NCBI GenBank assembly: GCA_036172245.1
Contig: JAYWIR010000163.1
Span: forward strand, 1 to 53,432
Source: Raillietiella orientalis
Lineage: Eukaryota
Direction: 5' to 3'
Length of the DNA: 53,432 bases
Shown here: one piece after another, positions 35,952 to 48,760 of the stretch
Position numbering within the stretch: the first letter of the stretch is position 1
How the letters are laid out: the number at the start of each line of letters is the position of its first letter
Notes under the pieces: generated by a model
Databases searched by the model: none
Told to the model about the DNA's origin: nothing
What the model saw: only the letters and a program-made list of their open reading frames with translations
Program-made: the position numbers and the translations under genes

Positions 35952-38900
35952 ATTCATCGGGAACCGACCATGGTCGTTTTGGTGCAAGTTTGGAGATTTG
36001 GACGGAAAACACCACATTAGAAATAAAAAAGAAAGAGGAATTTATTTGATGCATTTTATAGATTCTATCTCGATGCAGGAAGTGGAAGTAGATTGATTTC
36101 ATCCATTTTGATGTCTCAGGATTTCGACCGAATTCATCGGGTAGCGGCCAGGTCGTTTACGTGCAAGTGCGGAGATTTGGACGGAAAATTACCACATTGG
36201 AAATAAAAAAGATAGAGGAATTTGTTCAATGCACTTTGAAGATTCTATCTCTATGCTGGAAGTGGAAGTAGATTGATTCCAACCATTTTGATGTCTCAGG
36301 ATTGCGACGGAGTTCATCGGGAAGCGGCCAGGTCGTGTACGTGCAAGTGCGGAGATTTGGACGGAAAACACCACATTAAAAATACAAAAGATAGAGGAAT
36401 TTTTTAGATGCATTTTAGAGATTCTATCTCGATGCAGGAAGTGGGAGTAGATTTATTCCAGCTATTTTGATATCTCAGGATTGCGACCGAATTAATCGGG
36501 AACCGGCCATGGTCGTTTTGGTGCAAGTGCGAAGATTTGGACGGAAAACACAACATTGGAAATAGAAAACATAGAGGAATTTCCTTGATGCACTTTGAAG
36601 ATTCTATTTCTATGCTGGAAGAGGAAGTAGATTGATTCCAACCATTTTCATGTCTCAGGATTTCGACCGAGTTCATCGGGAACCGGCCATGTTCGTTTAG
36701 GTGCCAGTGCGGAGATTTGGACGGAAAACACCACATTGGAAATAGAAAAGATAGAGGAATTTTTTATATGCATTTTAGAGATTCTATCTCGATGCAGCAA
36801 GTAGGAGAAGATTGATTCCAGCTATTTTGATCTCTCAGGATTGCGGCCGAAATCATCTGGAACCGGCCATGGTCGTTTAGGTGCAAGTGCGGAGATTTGG
36901 ACGGAAAACACCACATTGGAAATAGAGAAGATAGAGGAATTTTACGGAAGCACTTTGAAGATTCTATTTGAATGCATGAAGTGGAAGTAGACAGCTTCCA
37001 ACCATTTTGAGGTCTCAGGATTTCGACCGAATTCTTCGGGAACCGGCCATGGTCGTTTTGGTGCAAGTGCGGAGATTTGGACGGAAAATACCACATTGGA
37101 AATAGAAAAGATAGAGGAATTTGTGCAATGCACTTTGAAGATTCTATCTCTATGCTGGAAGTGGAAGTAGATTGATTCCAACCATTTTGATGTCTCAGGA
37201 TTGCGACGGAATTCATCGGGAAGCGACCGTTGTCGTTTAGATGCAAGTGCGTAGATTTGGACGGAAAACACTCCATTGGAAATTGAAAAGATAGAGAAAT
37301 TTGTTTGATGCACTTTGAAGATATTATCTCCATGCTGGAAGTGGGAGTAGATTGCTTCCAACCATTTTGAGGTCTCAGGATTGCGACCGAATTCATCGGG
37401 AAGCGACCATGTTCGTTTTGGTGCAAGTGCGAAGATTTGGACGGAACACGCCACATTGGAAATAGAAAAGATAGAGCAATTCATTTGATGCATTTTGAAG
37501 ATTGTATTTCTGTGCTGGAAGACGGAGTGGATTGATTGCAACCATTTTGATGTCTCAGGATTGCGACCGAATTCATCGGGAACCGACCATGGTCGTTTTG
37601 GTTCAAGTTCGGAGATTTGGACGGAAAACACCACATTGGAAATAGAAAAGATAGAGGAATTTTTTTGATGCATTTTAAGGATTCTATTTCTATGCTGGAA
37701 GAGGAAGTAGATTGAATCCAACCATTTTGATGTCTCAGGATTGCGACCGAATTCATCGGGAAGCGGCCATGGTCGTTTACATGCAAGTGCGGAGATTTGG
37801 ACGGAAAACACCACATTGGAAATAAAAAAGATAGAGGAATTTTTTGGATGCACTTTGAAGATTCTATCTCTATCCTGGAAGTGGAAGTAGATTGCTTCCA
37901 ACCATTTTCATGTCTCAGGTTTGCGACCGAGTTCATCCGGAACCGGCCATGGTCGTGTCGGTGCAAGTGCGAAGATTTGGACGGAAAACACCACATTGGA
38001 AATAGAAAACATAGAGGAATTTTTGTGATGCATTTTGAAGATTCTTTTTGTGTGCTGGAAGACGAAGTAGATTGATTCCAACCATTTTGATGTCTCAGGA
38101 TTGCGACCGAATTCATCGGGAACCGGCCATGGTCGTTTTGGTGCAAGTGCGAAGATTTGGACGGAAAACACCACATTGGAAATACAAAAGATAGAGGAAT
38201 TTTTTTGATGCACTTTGAAGATTCTATCTCTATGCTGGAAGTGGAAGTAGATTGCTTCCAACCATTTTGATGTCTCAGGATTGCGACCGAATTCATCGGG
38301 AACCGGCCATGGTCGTTTTGGTGCAAGTTTGGAGATTTGGACGGAAAACACCACATTAGAAATAAAAAAGATAGAGGAATTTATTTGATGCATTTTAGAG
38401 ATTCTATCTTGATGCAGGAAGTGCAAGTAGATTGATTCCATCCATTTTGATGTCTCAGGATTGCGACCGAATTCATCGGGTAGCGGCCATGGTCGTTTTG
38501 GTGCAAGTGCGAAGATTTGGACGGAAAACACCACATTGGAAATAGAAAAGATAGAGGAATTTTTTATATGCATTTTAGAGATTCTATCTCAATGCAGCAA
38601 GTAGGAGAAGATTGATTCCAGCTATTTTGATCTCTCAGGATTGCGGCCGAAATCATCTGGAACCGGCCATGGTCGTTTAGGTGCAAGTGCGGAGATTTGG
38701 ACGGAAAACACCACATTGGAAATAGAGAAGATAGAGGATTTTTACGGAAGCACTTTGAAGATTCTATTTGGATGCAGGAAGAGGAAGTAGATTAATTCCA
38801 ACCATTTTCATGTCTCAGGATTGCGACCTAATTCATCGGGAAGCGACCGTTGTCGTTTAGATGCAAGTGCGTAGATTTGGACGGAAAACACTCCATTGGA

Positions 38901-41900
38901 AATTAAAAAGATAGAGAAATTTGTTTGATGCACTTTGAAGATATTATCTCCATGCTGGAAGTGGGAGTAGATTGATTCCAGCTATTTTGATCTCTCAGGA
39001 TTGCGACCGAAATCATCTGGAACCGGCCATGGTCGTTTAGGTGCAACTGCGGAGATTTGGACGGAAAACACCACATTGGAAATAGAAAAGATAGAGGAAT
39101 TTTTTTGATGCACTTTGAAGATTCTATCTCTATGCTGCAAGTGGAAGTAGATTGCTTCCAACCATTTTGAGGTCTCAGGATTGCGACCGAATTCATCGGG
39201 AAGCGACCATGGTCGTTTTGGTGCAAGTGCGAAGATTTGGACGGAACACACCACATTGGAAATAGAAAAGATAGAGCAATTCATTTGATGCATTTTGAAG
39301 ATTCTATTTCTGTGCTGGAAGACGAAGTGGATTGATTCCAACCATTTTGATGTCTCAGGATTGCGACCGAATTCATCGGGAACCGACCATGGTCGTTTTG
39401 GTGCAAGTGCGGAGATTTGGACGGAAAACACCACATTGGAAATAGAAAAGATAGTGGAATTTTTTTTATGCATTTTGGGGATTCTATTTCTATGCTGGAA
39501 GAGGAAGTAGATTGATTCCAACCATTTTGATGTCTCAGGATTGCGACCGAATTCATCGGGAAGCGGCCATGGTCGTTTACATGCAAGTGCGGAGATTTGG
39601 ACGGAAAACACCACATTGGAAATAAAAAAGATAGAGGAATTTTTTTGATGCACTTTGAAGATTCTATTTCTATGCTGGAAGTGGAAGTAGATTGCTTCCA
39701 ACCATTTTGAGGTCTCAGGATTGCGACCGAATTCATCGGGAAGCGGCCATGGTCGTTTACGTGCAAGTGCGGAGATTTGGACGGAAAACACCACATTGGA
39801 AATAGAAAAGATAGAGGAATTTTTTTGATGCACTTTGAAGATTCTATTTCCATGCTGGAAGTGGAAGTAGATTGCTTCCAACCATTTTGAGGTCTCAGGA
39901 TTGCGACCGAATTCATCGGGAAGCGGCCATGGTCGTTTACATGCAAGTTTCGAGATTTGGACGGAAAACACCACATTGGAAATAAAAAAGATAGAGGTAT
40001 TCATTTGATGCACTTTGAAGATATTATCTCCATGCTGGAAGTGGGAGTAGATTGATTCCAGCTATTTTGATATCTCAGGATTGCGACCGAATTCATTGGG
40101 AACCGGCCATGGTTGTTTTGGTACAAGTGCGAAGATTTGGAAGGAAAACCCCACATTGGAAATAGAAAAGATAGAGGAATTTTTTATATGCATTTTAGAG
40201 ATTCTATCTCGATGCAGCAAGTGGGAGTAGATTGATCCCAGCTATTTTGATATCTCAGGATTGCGACCGAAATCATCTGGAACCGGCCATGGTCGGTTAG
40301 GTGCAAGTGCGGAGATTTGGACGGAAAACACCACATTAAAAATACAAAAGATAGAGGAATTTTTTAGATGCATTTTAGAGATTCTATCTCGATGCAGGAA
40401 GTGGGAGTAGATTTATTCCAGCTATTTTGATATCTCAGGATTGCGACCGAATTAATCGGGAACCGGCCATGGTCGTTTTGGTGCAAGTGCGAAGATTTGG
40501 ACGGAAAACACAACATTGGAAATAGAAAACATAGAGGAATTTCCTTGATGCACTTTGAAGATTCTATTTCTATGCTGGAAGAGGAAGTAGATTGATTCCA
40601 ACCATTTTCATGTCTCAGAATTTCGACCGAGTTCATCGGGAACCGGCCATGTTCGTTTAGGTGCCAGTGCGGAGATTTGGACGGAAAACACCACATTGGA
40701 AATAGAAAAGATAGAGGAATTTTTTCTATGCATTTTAGAGATTCTATCTCGATGCAGCAAGTAGGAGAAGATTGATTCCAGCTATTTTGATCTCTCAGGA
40801 TTGCGGCCGAAATCATCTGGAACCGGCCATGGTCGTTTAGGTGCAAGTGCGGAGATTTGGACGAAAAACACCACATTGGAAATAGAGAAGATAGAGGTAT
40901 CTTACGGAAGCACTTTGAAGATTCTATTTGGATGCAGGAAGAGGAAGTAGATTAATTCCAACCATTTTCATGTCTCAGGATTGCGACCTAATTCATCGGG
41001 AAGCGACCGTTGTCGTTTACATGCAAGTGCGTAGATTTGGACGGAAAACACTCCATTGGAAATTGAAAAGATAGAGAAATTTGTTTGATGCACTTTGAAG
41101 ATATTATCTCCATGCTGGAAGTGGGAGTAGATTGATTCCAGCTATTTTGATCTCTCAGGATTGCGACCGAAATCATCTGGAACCGGCCATGGTCGTTTAG
41201 GTGTAACTACGGAGATTTGGACGGAAAACACCACATTGGAAATAGAAAAGATAGAGGAATTTTTTTGATGCACTTTGAAGATTCTATCTCTATGCTGGAA
41301 GTGGAAGTAGATTGCTTCCAACCATTTTGAGGTCTCAGGATTGCGACCGAATTCATCGGGAGCGACCATGGTCGTTTTGGTGCAAGTGCGAAGATTTGGA
41401 CGGAACACACCACATTGGAAATAGAAAAGATAGAGGAATTCATTTGATGCATTTTGAAGATTCTATTTCTGTGCTGGAAGACGAAGTGGATTAATTCCAA
41501 CCATTTTGATGTCTCAGGATTGCGACCGAATTCATCGGGAACCGACTATGGTCGTTTTGGTTCAAGTTCGGAGATTTGGACGGAAAACACCACATTGGAA
41601 ATAGAAAAGATAGAGGAATTTTTTTGATTCATTTTGGGGATTCTATTTCTATGCTGGAAGAGGAAGTAGATTGAATCCAACCATTTTCATGTCTCAGGAT
41701 TGCGACCGAATTCATCGGGAAGCGGCCATGGTCGTTTACATGCAAGTGCGGAGATTTGGACGGAAAACACCACATTGCAAATAAAAAAGATAGAGGAATT
41801 TTTTTGATGCACTTTGAAGATTCTATCTCTATCCTGGAAGTGGAAGTAGATTGCTTGCAACCATTTTGAGGTCTCAGGATTGCGACCGAATTCATCGGGA

Positions 41901-42382
41901 AGCGACCATGGTCGTTTACGTGCATGTGCGGAGATTTGGACGGAACACACCACATTGGAAATAGAAAAGATAGAGGTATTCATTTGATGCATTTTGAAGA
42001 TTCTATTTCTGTGCTGGAAGAGGAAATAGATTGATTCCAACCATTTTGATGTCTCAGGATTGCGACCGAATTCATCGGGAAGCGGCCATGGTCGTTTACA
42101 TGCAAGTTTGGAGATTTGGACGGAAAACACCACATTCGAAATAAAAAAGATAGAGGAATATATTTGATGCACTTTGAAGATTTTATCTGTATGCTGGAAG
42201 TGGAAGTACATTGATTTCAACCATTTTCATGTCTCAGGTTTGCGACCGAGTTCATCCGGAACCGGCCATGGTCGTGTTGGTGCAAGTGCGAAGATTTGGA
42301 CGGAAAACACCACATTGGAAATAGAAAACATAGAGGAATTTTTGTGATGCATTTTGAAGATTCTTTTTGTGTGCTGGAAGAC

Positions 42383-43055
42383 GAAGTAGATTGATTCCAA
42401 CCATTTTGCTGTCTCAGGATTGCGACCGAGTTCATCCGGAACCGGCCATGGTCGTTTTGGTGCTAGTGCGGAGAATTGGAAGGAAAACACCACATTAGAA
42501 ATAGAAAAGATAAAGGAATTTTTTGGAAGCACTTTGAAGATTCTATTTCTATGCTGTAGTGGAAGTGGATTGCTTCCAACCATTTTGAGGTCTCAGGATT
42601 GCGACCGAATTCATCGGGAAGCGGCCATGGTCGTTTACATGCAAGTGCGGAGATTTGGACGGAAAACACCACATTGGAAATAGAAAACATAGAGGAATTT
42701 GTTTGATGCACTTTGAAGATTCTATCTCAATGCTGGGAGTGGAAGTAGATTGGTTCCAACCATTTTGAGGTCTCAGGATTGCGAGCGGAATCTTCGGGAA
42801 GCGGCCATGGTCGTTTTGGTGCAAGTGCGAAGATTCGGACGGAAAACACCACATTGGAAATAGAAAACATAGAGGAATTTCTGTGATGCATTTTGAAGAT
42901 TGTATTTCTATGCTGGAAGACGAAGTAGATTGATTCCAACCATTTCGATGTCTCAGGATTGCGACCGAATTCATCGGGAACCGGCCATGGTCGTTTTGGT
43001 GCAAGTGCGGAGATTTGGACGGAAAACACCACATTGGAAATAGAAAAGATAGAGG
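42383..43055 (+). repeat. ~4-monomer block duplicated at ~44,721-45,393 (offset 2,338 = 13 monomers minus 2 bp)
   Basis: Shared TTTTGCTGTC, GAGAATTGGAAGG, the GCTGTAGTGG 1-bp deletion, TCTCAATG, TTGGTTCC, GAGCGGAATCTTC and AGATTCGG. ORFs 42420/44758 and 42463/44801 are identical. Confidence 0.92.
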
Positions 43056-43229
43056 AATTTTTTATATGCATTTTAGAGATTCTATCTCGATGCAGGAAGT
43101 GGAAGTAGATTGATTCCACCCATTTTGAGGTCTCAGGATTTCGACCTAATTCATCGGGAACCGGCCATGGTCGTTTTGGTGCAAGTGCGGAGATTTGGAC
43201 GGAAAACACCACATTGGAAATAGAAAAGA

Positions 43230-44480
43230 AAAAGGAATTTTTTTGATGCATTTTGAAGATTCTATATCTATGGTGGAAGAGGAAGTAGATTGATTCCAAC
43301 CATTTTGATGTCTCAGGATTGCGACCGAATTCATCGGGAAGCGGCCATGGTCGTTTACATGCAAGTTTGGAGATTTGGACGGAAAACACCACATTGAAAA
43401 TAAAAAAGATACAGGAATTTGTTTGATGCACTTTGAAGATTCTATCTCTATGCTGGAAGAGGAAGTAGATTGATTCCAACAATTTTGATGTCTCAGGATT
43501 GCGACGGAATTCATCGGGAAGCGGCCAGGTCGTGTACGTGCAAGTGCGTAGATTTGTACGGAAAACACCCCATTGGAAATTGAAAAGATAGAGAAATTTG
43601 TTTGATGCACTTTGAAGATATTATCTCTATGCTGGAAGTGGAAGTAGATTGATCAAAACTATTTTTATCTCTCAGGATTCCGACCGAATTCATTGGGAAC
43701 CGGCCATGGTTGTTTTGGTACAAGTGCGAAGATTTGGAAGGAAAACTCCACATTGGAAATAGAAAAGATAGAGGAATTTTTTTGATGCATTTTGAAGATT
43801 CTATATCTATGGTGGAAGAGGAAGTAGATTGATTCCAACCATTTTGATGTCTCAGGATTGCGACCGAATTCATCGGGAAGCGGCCATGGTCGTTTACATG
43901 CAAGTTTGGAGATTTGGACGGAAAACACCACATTGAAAATAAAAAAGATACAGGAATTTTTTTGATGCATTTTGAAGATTCTATCTCTATGCTGGAAGTG
44001 GAAGTAGATTGATTCCAACCATTTTCATGTCTCAGGATTGCGACCTAATTCATCGGGAAGCGACCGTTGTCGTTTAGATGCAAGTGCGTAGATTTGGACG
44101 GAAAACACCCCATTGGAAATTGAAAAGATAGAGAAATTTGTTTGATGCACTTTGAAGATATTATCTCTATGCTGGAAGTGGAAGTAGATTGATCAAAACT
44201 ATTTTTATCTCTCAGGATTCCGACCGAATTCATTGAGAACCGGCCATGGTTGTTTTGGTACAAGTGCGAAGATTTGGAAGGAAAACCCCACATTGGAAAT
44301 AGAAAAGATAGAGGAATTTTTTATATGCATTTTAGAGATTCTATCTCGATGCAGGAAGTGGAAGTAGATTGAATCCATCCACTTTGATGTCTCAGGATTG
44401 CGACCGAATTCATCGGGAAGCGGCCATGGTCGTTTACGAGCAAGTGCCGAGGTTTGGACGGAAAACACCACATTGGAAAT
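43230..44480 (+). repeat. ~7-monomer block duplicated at ~47,905-49,155 (offset 4,675)
   Basis: Shared GATTTGTACG, GGAAGGAAAACTCC, CATTGAGAAC, GAATCCATCCACTTTG and TTACGAGCAAGTGCCGAGG. ORF pairs 43511/48186 and 44045/48720 differ by 4,675. Confidence 0.9.
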
Positions 44481-46603
44481 AGAAAAGAGAAAGGAATTTT
44501 TTTGATCCACTTTGAAGATTCTATTTGGATGTAGTAAGTGGCAGTAGATTGCTTCCAACCATTTTGATGTCTCAGGATTTCGACCGAATTCATCGGGAAC
44601 CGGCCATCTTCGTTTAGGTGCCAGTGCGGAGATTTGGACGGAAAACACCACATTGGAAATAGAAAAGATAGAGGAATTTTTTTGATGCATTTTGAAGATT
44701 CTATATCTATGGTGGAAGAGGAAGTAGATTGATTCCAACCATTTTGCTGTCTCAGGATTGCGACCGAGTTCATCCGGAACCGGCCATGGTCGTTTTGGTG
44801 CTAGTGCGGAGAATTGGAAGGAAAACACCACATTAGAAATAGAAAAGATAAAGGAATTTTTTGGAAGCACTTTGAAGATTCTATTTCTATGCTGTAGTGG
44901 AAGTGGATTGCTTCCAACCATTTTGAGGTCTCAGGATTGCGACCGAATTCATCGGGAAGCGGCCATGGTCGTTTACATGCAAGTGCGGAGATTTGGACGG
45001 AAAACACCACATTGGAAATAGAAAACATAGAGGAATTTGTTTGATGCACTTTGAAGATTCTATCTCAATGCTGGGAGTGGAAGTAGATTGGTTCCAACCA
45101 TTTTGAGGTCTCAGGATTGCGAGCGGAATCTTCGGGAAGCGGCCATGGTCGTTTTGGTGCAAGTGCGAAGATTCGGTCGGAAAACACCACATTGGAAATA
45201 GAAAACATAGAGGAATTTCTGTGATGCATTTTGAAGATTCTATTTCTATGCTGGAAGACGAAGTAGATTGATTCCAACCATTTCGATGTCTCAGGATTGC
45301 GACCGAATTCATCGGGAACCGGCCATGGTCGTTTTGGTGCAAGTGCGGAGATTTGGACGGAAAACACCACATTGGAAATAGAAAAGATAGAGGAAATTTT
45401 TTGATGCACTTTGAAGATTCTATTTGGATGTAGGAAGTGAAAGTAGATTGATTTCACCCATTTTGAGGTCTCAGGATTTCGACCTAATTCATCGGGAACC
45501 GGCCATGGTCGTTTTGGTGCAAGTGCGGAGATTTGGACGGAAAACACCACATTGGAAATAGAAAAGATAGAGGAATTTTTTTGATGCATTTTAAAGATTC
45601 CATCTCTATGCTGGGAGTGGAAGTAGATTGCTTCCAACCATTTTGAGGTCTCAGGATTTCGACCCAATTCATCGGGAACCGGCCATGGTCGTTTTGGTGC
45701 AAGTGCGGAGATTTGGACGGAAAACACCACATTGGAAATAGAAAAGATAGAGGAATTTTTTTGTTGCATTTTGAAGATTTTATTTCTGTGCTAGAAGACG
45801 AAGTAGATTGATTCCAACCATTTTGATGTCTCAGGATTGCGACCGAATTAATCGTGAACCTACCATGGTTGTTTTGGTGCTAGTGCGGAGATTTGGACGG
45901 AAAACACCACATTGGAAATAGAAAAGATATAGGAATTTTTCGGAAGCACTTTGAAGATTCTATTTTAATGCATGAAGTGGAAGTAGATTGCTTCCAACCA
46001 TTTTGAGGTCTCAGGATTTCGACCCAATTCATCGGGAACCGGCCATGGTCGTTTTGGTGCAAGTGCGGAGATTTGGACGGAAAACACCACATTGGAAATA
46101 GAAAAGATGGAAGAATTTTTTTGATGCATTTTGGGGATTCTATTTCTATGCTGGAAGAGGAAGTAGATTGATTCCAACCATTTTGATGTCTCAGGATTGC
46201 GACCGAATTCATCGGGAAGCGGCCATGGTCGTTTACATGCTAGTGCGGAGATTTGGACGGAAAACACCTCATTGGAAATAAAAAAGATAGAAGAATTTGT
46301 TTGATGCACTTTGAAGATTCTATCTCTATCCTGCAAGTGGAAGTAGATTGCTTCCAACCATTTTGAGGTCTCAGGATTGCGACCGAATTCATCGGGAAGC
46401 GGCCATGGTCGTTTACGTGCATGTGCGGAGATTTGGACGGAACACACCACATTGGAAATAGAAAAGATAGAGGAATTCATTTGATGCATTTTAAAGATTC
46501 TATTTCTATGCTGGAAGAGGGAATAGATTGAGTCCAACCATTTTGATGTCTCAGGATTGCGACCGAATTCATCGGGATGCGGCCAGGTCGTGTACGTGCA
46601 AGT

Positions 46604-48760
46604 GCGTAGATTTGGACGGAAAACACCCCATTGGAAATTGAAAAGATAGAGAAATTTGTTTGATGCACTTTGAAGATATTATCTCTATGCTGGAAGTGGA
46701 AGTAGATTGATCAAAACTATTTTTATCTCTCAGGATTCCGACCGAATTCATTGAGAACCGGCCATGGTTGTTTTGGTACAAGTGCGAAGATTTGGAAGGA
46801 AAACCCCACATTGGAAATAGAAAAGATAGAGGAATTTTTTTGATGCATTTTGAAGATTCTATATCTATAGTGGAAGAGGAAGTAGATTGATTCCAACCAT
46901 TTTGATGTCTCAGGATTGCGAGCGATTTCATCGGGAAGCGGCCATGGTCGTTTACATGCAAGTTAGGAGATTTGGACGGAAAACTCCACATTGGAAATAA
47001 AAAAGATACAGGAATTTGTTTGATGAACTTTGAAGATTCTATCTCTATGCTGGAAGTGGAAGTAGATTGCTTCCAACCATTTTGAGGTCTCAGGATTGCG
47101 ACCGAATTCATCGGGATGCGGCCAGGTCGTGTACGTGCAAGTGCGTAGATTTGGAAGGAAAACACCCCATTGGAAATTGAAAAGATAGAGAAATTTGTTT
47201 GATGCACTTTGAAGATATTATCTCTATGCCCGAAGTGGAAGTAGATTGATCAAAACTATTTTTATCTCTCAGGATTCCGACCGAATTCATTGGGAACCGG
47301 CCATGGTTGTTTTGGTACAAGTGCGAAGATTTGGAAGGAAAACCCCACATTGGAAATAGAAAAGATAGAGGAATTTTTTTGATGCATTTTGAAGATTCTA
47401 TATCTATGGTGGAAGAGGAAGTAGATTGATTCCAACCATTTTGATGTCTCAGGATTGCGAGCGATTTCATCGGGAAGCGGCCATGGTCGTTTACATGCAA
47501 GTTTGGAGATTTGGACGGAAAACTCCACATTGGAAATAAAAAAGATACAGGAATTTGTTTGATGCACTTTGAAGATTCTATCTCTATGCTGGAAGAGGAA
47601 GTAGATTGATTCCAACAATTTTGATGTCTCAGGATTGCGACGGAATTCATCGGGAAGCGGCCAGGTCGTGTACGTGCAAGTGCGTAGATTTGGACGGAAA
47701 ACACCCCATTGGAAATTGAAAAGATAGAGAAATTTGTTTGATGCACTTTGAAGATATTATCTCTATGCTGGAAGTGGAAGTAGATTGATCAAAACTATTT
47801 TTATCTCTCAGGATTCCGACCGAATTCATTGGGAACCGGCCATGGTTGTTTTGGTACAAGTGCGAAGATTTGGAAGGAAAACCCCACATTGGAAATAGAA
47901 AAGATAAAGGAATTTTTTTGATGCATTTTGAAGATTCTATATCTATGGTGGAAGAGGAAGTAGATTGATTCCAACCATTTTGATGTCTCAGGATTGCGAC
48001 CGAATTCATCGGGAAGCGGCCATGGTCGTTTACATGCAAGTTTGGAGATTTGGACGGAAAACACCACATTGGAAATAAAAAAGATACAGGAATTTGTTTG
48101 ATGCACTTTGAAGATTCTATCTCTATGCTGGAAGAGGAAGTAGATTGATTCCAACAATTTTGATGTCTCAGGATTGCGACGGAATTCATCGGGAAGCGGC
48201 CAGGTCGTGTACGTGCAAGTGCGTAGATTTGTACGGAAAACACCCCATTGGAAATTGAAAAGATAGAGAAATTTGTTTGATGCACTTTGAAGATATTATC
48301 TCTATGCTGGAAGTGGAAGTAGATTGATCAAAACTATTTTTATCTCTCAGGATTCCGACCGAATTCATTGGGAACCGGCCATGGTTGTTTTGGTACAAGT
48401 GCGAAGATTTGGAAGGAAAACTCCACATTGGAAATAGAAAAGATAGAGGAATTTTTTTGATGCATTTTGAAGATTCTATATCTATGGTGGAAGAGGAAGT
48501 AGATTGATTCCAACCATTTTGATGTCTCAGGATTGCGACCGAATTCATCGGGAAGCGGCCATGGTCGTTTACATGCAAGTTTGGAGATTTGGACGGAAAA
48601 CACCACATTGAAAATAAAAAAGATACAGGAATTTTTTTGATGCATTTTGAAGATTCTATATCTATGGTGGAAGAGGAAGTAGATTGATTCCAACCATTTT
48701 CATGTCTCAGGATTGCGACCTAATACATCGGGAAGCGACCGTTGTCGTTTAGATGCAAGT
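46604..48760 (+). repeat. Tandem 3-monomer higher-order repeat, unit 539 bp (180+180+179), four copies
   Basis: The A monomer (GCGTAG, CACCCC, AATTG, GATCAAAACTA) starts at 46,604, 47,143, 47,682 and 48,221, and again at 48,761. ORF ends at 46569/47108/47647/48186 are spaced 539 bp. Confidence 0.95.
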
